NCBI GenBank assembly: GCA_040218735.1
Contig: JAVJQW010000023.1
Location: 384,001-448,000, forward strand
Length of the DNA stretch: 64,000 nt
Direction of reading: 5' to 3'
From: Deltaproteobacteria bacterium
Lineage (GTDB): Bacteria; Myxococcota; Kuafuiibacteriia; Kuafuiibacteriales; Kuafuiibacteriaceae
In this document: positions 1-8,822 of the stretch, piece after piece
Numbering within the stretch: position 1 is the stretch's first letter
Layout of the letters: each line of letters starts with the position of its first letter
Position numbers and translations under genes: made by a program
Notes under the pieces: generated by a model
The model's input: only the letters and a program-made list of their open reading frames with translations
Databases searched by the model: none
Told to the model about the DNA's origin: nothing

Positions 1-3000
1 GGGACGACGGACACGAGCGACGCGACGATCCTCGCGCTCTACCAGCTGGAGAAGTTGGAGGGTGCGTTGGAGAACGTCGACGACGTCTTGGTCGCGAGCC
101 AGAAACAGGTCGAGAACGGGCACGCGTACGCCGAGGCGCAGATCATGAAGATCGCGCGAATGGAGATCGCAAACGCGCAGGCGCAGGTGTCTTCGGTGAT
201 CACCGGCGCGACGTGGCTGCTCACGTTCGGGCAGGTCGACATGAAGGAGGACATGGCGGACGCGGGCGAGGAGGCGGCGTCGTGGCGCGTCGCACGCTCC
301 GAGAGCGCGATGACCGAGCTCGTCGACGGGGCGGATCAGCTGCTGGGCGCGTGGGACCGCGCGACGCGCGAGGGGGAGCAGCTGGAGATGTTGCACAGCC
401 TGCGGATCCTCACCGACGACAGCACGGCGTACGACGGTGAGGCGCGCGGGTTCTTCGACGCGCGGATGGGCGACGACGATGCGTGGAAGTCGTTCGTGAA
501 CGACGCGATCGACGGCGGCCAGATCCCGGTGGCGTCCGCGTTCGAAGGGACGGTGCTCGGGTTCGAGTCGACGTTGGAGAAGCTCGGCAGCCACGACGTC
601 GCGGTCCTCACGCCGACGATGCACAGCGCGATCGAGTCGGGCGCCGCGCGGCTGGAGCAGGTGAGCGAGAACATGACGCTGATGGTGGCGTTCAACCTCA
701 CGGCCGAGTTCTTCCTCGGGCTCGTCCTCACGGGCGGGCTCGCGGCGGAGGCGACGGCGGGGCGCGCGGCGCACGCGGCGAACGCAATCGGCACCGCCAC
801 CGAGGCGGCGAACGCGGCGCGGTCGCTCACGTTGATGGGGCGCGCGGGGCAGGCGCTCGCGAACTTCAAGGCGGCGCACGGCGTGTTGTACGCGATGGGC
901 ACGACGACGCTCGTGGGCGGCGGGATGATGGGCGCGAGCTGGACCGCGAAGAAGGCGTTCGGCGCGAACACCGGTGTGGCGCGTGGGTTCGACATCGTCG
1001 CGAACATCGCGGTGCCGTTGGCGGCGCTGCGGGCGGCGAAGCCGGAGCAGGTCCTGCGGCTCGCGACGCAAACGGCGAAGGTGCAGCAGAACGTGGGGCG
1101 GATGTCGTCCTTGATGTCTTCGCTCTCGAAGGACGCGTGGAAGGCGGCGGCGATCAAGTACGGCCCCGACGCGTTGATCGGCGGGACGCAGACCTTCTCG
1201 ATCGCGATGGTCACGCCGTGGCTCGCCGAGAAGCTCGACCTGCGCACGGAAGGTGAGCAGATGTTGCTCGGCCTCGCGTTGAACACACTGTCGGCGGGGG
1301 GCCTCGCGACGGGGTACGCGGCGTTCGGCGGGAACGCGCGGGCGAAGGGCATCGCGGAGGGCTTCGAGGGCGCGAACGTGAAGGGTGTCGCGAAGGCGCT
1401 CGACGCGTTCGACAAGATCGACGGGATGCCTTCGGCGGCGCAGCTGTCGACGCTGGAGGCGCAGCTCACGAAGCACCTCGGCGCGACGGGCGATCAACGC
1501 GCCCAGGTCTCGGCGCTGGTCGAGGGGATGCGTGTCGAGCGCGCGACGGCGGAAGGGTTCTCGGGGGCTTCGATCGGCGTGGGCTCCGAGGTCACCGCGC
1601 GTGACGCGGTGGCGGCGCTGGACTCGGCGGCGGAGCAGCTGTTCGCTTCGCGGCTCGAGACGGATCCGTCCGCGTCGCGTGCGCAGGCGTACCAGGACGC
1701 GGCCGACGGCGTGACACGCGCGTTGGTGGACGGTGCGCCCGCGTTGGTCGCGGAGGTTCAGATCGCGGCGACGGATCGGGCGAACGCGATCACGATCGCG
1801 GAGGCCTACGCGACGCCGGCGCAGCGCGCGAAGGCGGAGGCGGTGCTCGCGGAGGCGCTTCCGTCGTTGCGGGAGGGGATGCAGAACGGTGCGGTCGACG
1901 CCGACGCCGTCCGTACGCGTCTCGTCGAAGAGGCGGGGCTGTCGCCGACGGCGGCGGACGAGGCGGTGTTCGCCGCGCAGTACCAGCTCGCGCTGGACGC
2001 CGTGCAACGTGACTTGCCGCTGGTGCAGGCGGAGACGGCGCCGCTCTCCAACGCGGAGATCGCCGAGGCGGTGTTCGGGGTCGCGGAGCAAGCTGGGTTG
2101 ACGCCGGAGGCGGCGCTCGCGCTGAGCGACGACCTCGTCGCGAAGGCGGGGTTCGTCGACTGGGTGCGGAGCTTGGCGCCGCAGAGCACGTGGTCGGCGT
2201 CGATGCGGAGAGACAAGTTCCTCGAAGTCGCGCAGCAGAAGGCCCCGGCGGTCCACGCGGAGATGTCGAAGCTGACGGTGGAGCAGTTCGAGGCGATCGC
2301 GATGGGCGGTGCGATTCCGAACGGCTTCTTCGCCATCGGTGACATCCCCGGCTTCGCGGCGTTGGCCGCTCAGCAGCCGTGGGCAGCCCGCGGTTTGGCG
2401 GACGCGACGACGTTGGTCGGCGTGAAGAACGGTCAGTGGGCGTTCAAGGCCGAGATCGGGAAGCTCGTCGCGGCGGAGGGGGGCAAGCGGCTCCAGCAGA
2501 ACCCGAACGGTCCGAAGATCGGGCACGACCCGAAGGATTGGTCGACGGCGGCCGACCTCGCCGCGGACTACATCCCGCACCTGACGCCGAGCTCGATCGT
2601 GAAGGACTACTGGCTCGCGACGTTCGAGAACCAGAACCTGGTGTCGATCCCGAAGTACAACCTTCGGCCGATGCCGAAACACGACGGCAGTGGCGCGTTC
2701 AACGAGGGCGTCGTGCTGCCGGGCGGGAAGCGGGGGAAGACGACGACGATCGACTTCGCGAACCTGTCGGACGTGAAGCTGCTGGATGCGAACCTGCAGC
2801 CGATCACCGACATGACGAAGGTGTTGGTGTTCAGCGGACACGGGTCGCCGCTCACCGGGACGATCAGCGGGAAGTCGCCGAAGAAGTCGGCCGCGTTGGT
2901 CGCGGAGCAGATCCACCACGCGCACCTGAAGGGGGACGCCATCGAGTTCGTGCTGCTCGACGCGTGTCACCAGCGGGACAAGCGCCTCTACTTCGGGAAG

Positions 3001-3312
3001 TCACACGCGCAGCTGTTGAAGAAACACCTCAACGCGGAGCTGAAGAAGCTGGGTTTGCCGGCGGTGGAGGTGCTCGCGGCGAAGCACTCCGGGCCGACGT
3101 ACGGCTACGGCAAGCAGAAGTCGTCGTGGTTCCACCGCGATCAGAACGGAAAGCTCAGACTGGGTGGGCGCGACATCCCGACGGACTTCCGACCGGCGGA
3201 CCACTCGAGGTTGTTCTTCGGGAAGGCGGACGCGGTCCTCGCAGCGACGGTGGGGACACTCGGCGGGCTCGGGGTGCTCACCGCGATCATCCTGGACCAG
3301 CAGAAGAAGTGA
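1..3312 (+). CDS. Large membrane protein (5'-truncated) with C-terminal clan CD (C80/caspase-like) cysteine protease domain and C-terminal TM helix
   Basis: Frame is open from base 1 to TGA 3312. Several hydrophobic Gly/Ala helices lie at ORF aa ~210-420. VLVFSGHG (His codon 2839) and FVLLDACH (Cys codon 2965) follow, then the hydrophobic tail AATVGTLGGLGVLTAIIL. Confidence 0.7.
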   Translation, partial: GTTDTSDATILALYQLEKLEGALENVDDVLVASQKQVENGHAYAEAQIMKIARMEIANAQAQVSSVITGATWLLTFGQVDMKEDMADAGEEAASWRVARSESAMTELVDGADQLLGAWDRATREGEQLEMLHSLRILTDDSTAYDGEARGFFDARMGDDDAWKSFVNDAIDGGQIPVASAFEGTVLGFESTLEKLGSHDVAVLTPTMHSAIESGAARLEQVSENMTLMVAFNLTAEFFLGLVLTGGLAAEATAGRAAHAANAIGTATEAANAARSLTLMGRAGQALANFKAAHGVLYAMGTTTLVGGGMMGASWTAKKAFGANTGVARGFDIVANIAVPLAALRAAKPEQVLRLATQTAKVQQNVGRMSSLMSSLSKDAWKAAAIKYGPDALIGGTQTFSIAMVTPWLAEKLDLRTEGEQMLLGLALNTLSAGGLATGYAAFGGNARAKGIAEGFEGANVKGVAKALDAFDKIDGMPSAAQLSTLEAQLTKHLGATGDQRAQVSALVEGMRVERATAEGFSGASIGVGSEVTARDAVAALDSAAEQLFASRLETDPSASRAQAYQDAADGVTRALVDGAPALVAEVQIAATDRANAITIAEAYATPAQRAKAEAVLAEALPSLREGMQNGAVDADAVRTRLVEEAGLSPTAADEAVFAAQYQLALDAVQRDLPLVQAETAPLSNAEIAEAVFGVAEQAGLTPEAALALSDDLVAKAGFVDWVRSLAPQSTWSASMRRDKFLEVAQQKAPAVHAEMSKLTVEQFEAIAMGGAIPNGFFAIGDIPGFAALAAQQPWAARGLADATTLVGVKNGQWAFKAEIGKLVAAEGGKRLQQNPNGPKIGHDPKDWSTAADLAADYIPHLTPSSIVKDYWLATFENQNLVSIPKYNLRPMPKHDGSGAFNEGVVLPGGKRGKTTTIDFANLSDVKLLDANLQPITDMTKVLVFSGHGSPLTGTISGKSPKKSAALVAEQIHHAHLKGDAIEFVLLDACHQRDKRLYFGKSHAQLLKKHLNAELKKLGLPAVEVLAAKHSGPTYGYGKQKSSWFHRDQNGKLRLGGRDIPTDFRPADHSRLFFGKADAVLAATVGTLGGLGVLTAIILDQQKK

Positions 3313-3313
3313 C

Positions 3314-6300
3314 TCAGAAGAAGTTGCGCGCCACGGCGACCCCCGGTTGGGGGACCGCGAGCGGTGCGAAGTGATCGACGATCAGGTTGACGACGCGGCC
3401 GGTGCGTTGGACTTCACCGTCGGCGATCAACATGACCTCGTCGCGCGCGACGTTTCGGTAGCGCGCGTAGACGTGGCTGAAGACGACGAGGTTCATGTGG
3501 CCGTCTTCGTCTTCGAGGGTCATGAAGATGACGCCCGACGCGGTGCCGGGGCGCTGACGGGTGACGGCCATACCGCCGACGCGGACTCGCCTGCCGTGCG
3601 GTGCGCGTTCGAGCTCCAGGAAGCCGAGGACCTTGCGACGTTTCATCTCGTCGCGGACGAGCTGCATCGGGTGGGTGTTCACGGAGAGCCCGACGGTCGC
3701 GTAGTCGGCGCGCATCTTCTCGGTCGGCGACATCTTCGGGAGCTTCGTCGCGCTCTCGGTTTCGTCGGGGAGCGGGACGCCGAAGAGCAGCGGTGAGCGG
3801 CGGTCCATCGAGGTGACCCGCCACAGCGCTTCGCGACGCGACAGACCGAGCTCGTCGAGCGCGCCCGACGCGGCGAGGCGGGCGGCGACGTCGCGCGGGA
3901 GGTCGGCGCGAAGGACGAGATCTTCGACGCTCTCGAACGGGCGTGACTCGCGCGCGTCGACGATGCGTTCGGCGATCGGTTCGGACATGCCGTAGACCTC
4001 GCGGAAGCCGAGCCGCACGGCGGGTTGCACGGGGAGGCCGTAGGTCGAGCGACCTTCGAGGTGGTCCGCCCACGGCGTGTGTTTCTTGATCTTGTGTTTC
4101 GACTCGCGCCACCAGCGCTCCTGGTGCGCTTCGGTGGAGGGTTCGAGCGTCGAGTCCCAGTGGCTCATCGAGATGGTGGGTGCGCGGTGTTCGACGCCGT
4201 GACGTTGGGCGTCGGCGACGAGGGTGTGCGGCGCGTAGAAGCCCATGGGTTGGCTGTTGAGGAGCGCGGCGACGAACGCGGCGGGGTGGTAGCGTTTGAG
4301 GTAACACGACGCGTATCCGATCAGCGCGAACGACGCGGCGTGGGACTCCGGGAAGCCGTAGCCGCCGAAGCCCTGGATCATGCGGAAGACGCGCTCGGCG
4401 TACTCCTGCTCGAGGCCGTTGCCGAGCATGCCGGCGATGAGTCGATCGCGGAGGCGATCGATGTGTACCTGTGAGGACCAGCCGATCGCGCGTCGCAGCT
4501 CGTCGGCTTCGCCGGGGGTGAAGCCAGCGATGGCCACCGCCATCTTCATGACCTGCTCCTGGAAGAGCGGGACGCCGTAGGTGCGGCCGAGGATCTTCTC
4601 GAGCGCGGGGTGCGGGTACTCGACCTTCTCGAGGCCGTCGCGGCGTCGTAGGTACGGGTGGATCATGTCGCCCTGGATCGGTCCGGGGCGGACGATCGCG
4701 ACGGAGACGACGAGGTCGTAGAAGGTTCGTGGTTCGAGGCGCGGGAGCATCTGCATCTGCGCGCGCGACTCGACCTGGAAGGTGCCGACGGTGTCGGCGT
4801 CGCAGATCATGTCGTAGGTCGCGGGGTCTTCGCTCGGGATGTTGGCGAGCGTGAGTTGCTTGCCTTCGGTGTCGAGGACGAAGTCGAACGCGCGGTGGAC
4901 GGCGCTCAGTATCCCGAGCGCGAGCAGATCGATCTTTACGAGGCCGAGCGTCTCGACGTCGCGTTTGTCCCACGCGACGACGGTTCGGTACTCCTTCGTC
5001 GCGTTCTCGACCGGGACGATCTCCACGAGCGGCTCCTTCGTCACGACGAAGCCGCCGGAGTGCAGACCGAGGTGACGCGGAAAGCCTTGGAGGGTCTCGG
5101 CCCACTCGACGACCTGCTGGACGATCGGGTCGTCGGGATCGAGGCCGCACTCACGGAGCTCGTCGCCGTCGAGCTCACCCGCGGCCCAGTGGCCGCGGCC
5201 GCGGGTGAGTTTGTCGATCTGGTCCAGGCCGAGGCCGAACACCTTGCCGACTTCGCGGTAGGCGAGCTTGCCGCGGTAGCAGATGAAGTTCGCGACCATC
5301 GCCGCGTGCTCGCGTCCGTACTTCTCGTAGACGTACTGGATGACCTCCTCGCGGCGGTCGTGTTCGAAGTCGACGTCGATGTCGGGGGGCTCGCCGCGCT
5401 CGACGGAGATGAAGCGCTCGAACAGCAGGTTCATGCGCACCGGGTCGATCGATGTGATGCCCAGGCAGTAGCAGACGACCGAGTTCGCGGCGGAGCCCCG
5501 GCCCTGGCACAGGATGTTGCGGCTGCGCGCGTAGCGAACGATGTCCCAGACGGTGAGGAAGTAACCCGCGAAGTCGAGCTCCTCGATGAGCTTCATCTCG
5601 TGGTCGATCTGTCGCCGCACCACCTCGGGGACTCCGTCTGGGTAGCGCTCGGTCGCGCCCTTCTCGACGAGCTTGGTCAGGTAGCTCATCCCGGTCTCCC
5701 CCGCGGGGAGCACCTCGAGGGTGAAGCTCTGGTGGAGCTCTTCGAGCCGGAACGAACAGCGGTCGGCGATGTGGACGCTCATCTCGATCGCCTCGGGGAG
5801 GTCGGCGAACAGCGCGGTCATCTCCTCCGGCGACTTGAGGTGCGCGTTGGTGTTGGGCTGGAGGCGCCGCCCGCCTTCGTCGAGGCGAACGCCGAGGCGG
5901 ACGCACGACAAGATGTCTTGCAGCGGCTTGCGGGAGCGTTCGTGCATGAGCACCCCGCCGGTCGCGACGATCGGGAGCTGGAACCGCGCGGACGCGGACT
6001 GCACGGCTTCGACGCGAAGGCGATCGAACGGCGACAGCGAACGCTCCACCGCGAGCGCGAGACGATCGCCGAAGACCTCGCGCTCGCGCGCGATGAGGAG
6101 CGCGTCGAGGGGGCCGACGTGGATCGCCTGCAAGCCCTCGGCGTTCTGCGCGACGTCGTCGAAGCGGAGCTGAAAGCCACCCTTCCCGACACGCCGACGG
6201 CCGAGGGTGAGCAAGCGCGAGAGGCGGGCGTAGCTGTCACGGTCCGTGGCGAGCAGGACCAGGCCCGGCGACTCGCGGCCGGTGCGTGCGTCGACGTCGA

Positions 6301-6511
6301 AGTGGATCTCGCTGCCGACGATCACCTCGAGGTTGTGCTCGCGCGCCGCGTTGTACGCGCGGACCACGCCGTACAGGCCGTCGTGATCCGTGATCGCGAG
6401 GCGGCGGTATCCAATTTCATTCGCGCGCGCGACGAGCTCTTCGGGGTGCGACGCCCCGCGAAGGAACGAAAAAGAGGTCGCGCATCGAAGCTCCACATAC
6501 CGCTGTCTCAT
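3314..6511 (-). CDS. dnaE2: Error-prone DNA polymerase III alpha subunit (DnaE2/ImuC)
   Basis: PHP N-terminus (SFSFLRGASHPEEL, AITDHDG), CQGRGSAANS, EPPDIDVDFE, GYGFPESHA, LLNSQPMGFYAP, OB fold RQRPGTASG, and C-terminal ARNFF (SRDFH-type tail). ATG at 6511. Confidence 0.97.
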   Translation of the reverse strand: MRQRYVELRCATSFSFLRGASHPEELVARANEIGYRRLAITDHDGLYGVVRAYNAAREHNLEVIVGSEIHFDVDARTGRESPGLVLLATDRDSYARLSRLLTLGRRRVGKGGFQLRFDDVAQNAEGLQAIHVGPLDALLIAREREVFGDRLALAVERSLSPFDRLRVEAVQSASARFQLPIVATGGVLMHERSRKPLQDILSCVRLGVRLDEGGRRLQPNTNAHLKSPEEMTALFADLPEAIEMSVHIADRCSFRLEELHQSFTLEVLPAGETGMSYLTKLVEKGATERYPDGVPEVVRRQIDHEMKLIEELDFAGYFLTVWDIVRYARSRNILCQGRGSAANSVVCYCLGITSIDPVRMNLLFERFISVERGEPPDIDVDFEHDRREEVIQYVYEKYGREHAAMVANFICYRGKLAYREVGKVFGLGLDQIDKLTRGRGHWAAGELDGDELRECGLDPDDPIVQQVVEWAETLQGFPRHLGLHSGGFVVTKEPLVEIVPVENATKEYRTVVAWDKRDVETLGLVKIDLLALGILSAVHRAFDFVLDTEGKQLTLANIPSEDPATYDMICDADTVGTFQVESRAQMQMLPRLEPRTFYDLVVSVAIVRPGPIQGDMIHPYLRRRDGLEKVEYPHPALEKILGRTYGVPLFQEQVMKMAVAIAGFTPGEADELRRAIGWSSQVHIDRLRDRLIAGMLGNGLEQEYAERVFRMIQGFGGYGFPESHAASFALIGYASCYLKRYHPAAFVAALLNSQPMGFYAPHTLVADAQRHGVEHRAPTISMSHWDSTLEPSTEAHQERWWRESKHKIKKHTPWADHLEGRSTYGLPVQPAVRLGFREVYGMSEPIAERIVDARESRPFESVEDLVLRADLPRDVAARLAASGALDELGLSRREALWRVTSMDRRSPLLFGVPLPDETESATKLPKMSPTEKMRADYATVGLSVNTHPMQLVRDEMKRRKVLGFLELERAPHGRRVRVGGMAVTRQRPGTASGVIFMTLEDEDGHMNLVVFSHVYARYRNVARDEVMLIADGEVQRTGRVVNLIVDHFAPLAVPQPGVAVARNFF

Positions 6512-6528
6512 GGTCGGATCTGCGATCA

Positions 6529-6562
6529 CGGATCAAAAGTTCAGTACCGATCAAGTGTGCAG
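6529..6562 (-). promoter_or_regulatory. Two tandem LexA-like (CTGAAC-N4-GTTCAG-type) boxes upstream of dnaE2
   Basis: Minus strand reads CTGCACACTTGATCGG-TA-CTGAACTTTTGATCCG. This resembles the Myxococcus LexA consensus, and a related site overlaps the imuB start. Confidence 0.55.
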
Positions 6563-6665
6563 ATCCCTACGATCCCTCAAGCTACGAATTTCATTCGCGC
6601 ATCTCGAAACCCCGAAGGCCCCGGGATGCGGCCGGGCGCGGGTTCGTGTACGCAGGAAGACGTCG

Positions 6666-8816
6666 ATGTCGCGCGCCTCGCGAATCCTCCCCGCCGTCGC
6701 ATCGCTCCTCGTCGCCGCACCTGCGTCGGCGCAGACGGTGTTCGGCTACCAGCTCGGTGTGGTGCAGAGCGCGGGCGGGACCTTCGGCGACCCGGTGAAC
6801 CCGTTGCTCGTCCAGCAGGACGGGCAGGACGACAACGCACCGGCCAACAACGTCCAGCAGGTCCAGGGCGTCCAGCTCAACACGACGGTCACCGCCAACG
6901 TGACGCTCGACGCCGCCACGAACCTCATCAACCACGGCCTCGTCCTCGGCGCTGCCTACACCCAGCTGCTGCCTTTCGCCGTCCCCGAGGACGCGCAAGC
7001 TACCTTGCGCGAACGTCAGTCCACCTTCAACGCCACCGCCCAGTACCTCGCGCGCGTTCAGGAAGCGCAGTGGGGCCTCCAGTTCGGCGCCGGCTACGTC
7101 TTCAGCCTGAACGGCCGACTCCCCACCGCCGCGACCGGACAGGTTGGGCAGGCCGCGGACGCCACCACACCCGCCACGAGCTTCGGGCTGTTCGCGCTCA
7201 ACGCGCAGGCGCACACGTTCAACGCGCAGCTCCAACACACCCTCAACCGCGCGCGGTGGGATCTCCTCAGCGGCGTCGGCTACACCTACGCTGTCAACGG
7301 CCTGTTCACCCTCGCCGCGGGCGGCGTCGGCGCGCAGAACCAGGCCGCCCAGAACGGGCAGATCGGGGTGGGGACGAACCTCGGCGGCTTCATCCTCCAG
7401 AACGCCCACACCATCACGCCGCAGGTCGAGTACCGGCGCCGCGTGAACGCCCGCAACACCCTCACCCTCCGCGCGAACGCCGCCGCGACGATCACCGTCG
7501 CGCCCGAGGACATCGTCACCGTCGAAGGCTTCGACACCACGATCGTCGCCGCGCAGATCGCGCTGCCCCCGACGCTCGTGAACAACGCCGAAGCGCTGTG
7601 GACCTACAACGCCAACAACGAGCGTCAGTTCGGCGGCTCGGTGTCCGGCACCTTCGGCATGCGCGTCCCCGTCGACGGCAACTTCAACGCGATCCCCGGC
7701 GCATCGCTCGGGCCCGACACCGTCATCTGGACCGTGCGCGGCTTCTACCAAGATCTCCTGCCCCTCGACACACGCCTCACGGTCGGCGCCGGCGTCGCGC
7801 AAGCCACCCTCATCCAGCCCCCCATCGGGGCCCCCGGCGATCCGGCCACGTTCGAACCGGTGCGCTCCAACCTCACGCCGCTCGTCGACGCGACGCTCCG
7901 GCGACGCTTCGAACCCGTCGACGTCGCGCTCGCCGTCGGGCGCGCGGTGGGCGTCGGTGCGTTCGGCGCATCCGCCGTCGTCACCGACACGGCGGCGCTC
8001 ACGTTCACGCACGTGACGGAGTGGGAGATGCCGCTCACCACGACGATCGGCTTCAACGCCCAACGCACCCAAGCCGTCGGCCAGGATCTCTTCCGCGGCG
8101 TCGATCCTCGTGACCCGGTCGTCGCTGCCTTCAACAACCAGGGCTTCGGCGCGATCGCCAACATCGCGTACCCGATCTTCCGCGAGGACCCCTTCGCGTT
8201 CGATCTCAACGCCTCCTACAGCTTCACGTACAACGACCTCGACCCGATGGACGTCCAGGGGCTCGAACCCATCCGCCAACACCTCGCCCTCCTCGCGCTC
8301 CGCGGCACCTTCGGACGCGGCGCCGCGCAGCAGGCGGTCGGCGCCGGTGGCCGACGCGACACGGACGAGCTCGACGCCTTCTCGTCCAACCCGCGCGACG
8401 GCTCCCCCCTCATCACCCAGCGTCTCCTCGGGCAGGGCGCGCCGATGCTCCAGCGCGGCGAGCGCCCCGGGCTCCCGCCGCGCGAAGCGGGGCGTCGCGA
8501 CTCACGGCAGCAGTACCAACAGAGCTTGAGACAAGAGCAGCTCGAGCAGGAGGCGCGCGACCGCTCGACCGCGGTGCAAGGCATCGGCTCGTACTACGAA
8601 GAGGAACAGCGCCGCCTCGAAGCCGAACGCGAAAAGCAGGAAGAAGCCGCCGACCAGCGCGACCGAGACGCCTTCAGCAACTGGCCGACCGACTCCGTCG
8701 CGCTGCCCGAGAACGCGCCGCCCCCGCCTCCACCGCCCCCCGCGGAGACGAAGGAAGAAGAGAAGCAGGAAGAGCCGCCGCCGCCGCCGAAGCGACGTCG
8801 CCGTCGTCGGCGCTGA
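6666..8816 (+). CDS. Exported protein, probable outer-membrane beta-barrel with long charged/Pro-rich C-terminal tail
   Basis: Signal peptide MSRASRILPAVASLLVAAPASA-Q. Many amphipathic beta-strands with Tyr/Phe/Trp girdles. The tail is coiled-coil, then poly-Pro, then poly-Arg. Confidence 0.65.
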   Translation: MSRASRILPAVASLLVAAPASAQTVFGYQLGVVQSAGGTFGDPVNPLLVQQDGQDDNAPANNVQQVQGVQLNTTVTANVTLDAATNLINHGLVLGAAYTQLLPFAVPEDAQATLRERQSTFNATAQYLARVQEAQWGLQFGAGYVFSLNGRLPTAATGQVGQAADATTPATSFGLFALNAQAHTFNAQLQHTLNRARWDLLSGVGYTYAVNGLFTLAAGGVGAQNQAAQNGQIGVGTNLGGFILQNAHTITPQVEYRRRVNARNTLTLRANAAATITVAPEDIVTVEGFDTTIVAAQIALPPTLVNNAEALWTYNANNERQFGGSVSGTFGMRVPVDGNFNAIPGASLGPDTVIWTVRGFYQDLLPLDTRLTVGAGVAQATLIQPPIGAPGDPATFEPVRSNLTPLVDATLRRRFEPVDVALAVGRAVGVGAFGASAVVTDTAALTFTHVTEWEMPLTTTIGFNAQRTQAVGQDLFRGVDPRDPVVAAFNNQGFGAIANIAYPIFREDPFAFDLNASYSFTYNDLDPMDVQGLEPIRQHLALLALRGTFGRGAAQQAVGAGGRRDTDELDAFSSNPRDGSPLITQRLLGQGAPMLQRGERPGLPPREAGRRDSRQQYQQSLRQEQLEQEARDRSTAVQGIGSYYEEEQRRLEAEREKQEEAADQRDRDAFSNWPTDSVALPENAPPPPPPPPAETKEEEKQEEPPPPPKRRRRRRR

Positions 8817-8822
8817 CCCAAG

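Noticed and set aside
4658-8113. 1151-aa + strand ORF, and many other long overlapping ORFs (e.g. 45645-48797, 26014-28359, 38827-41277, 48806-51166)
   Set aside because: These are antisense or shifted-frame shadows of real genes. They are expected at high GC with strong third-position bias, are low-complexity Arg/Val/Leu-rich, and carry no motifs.
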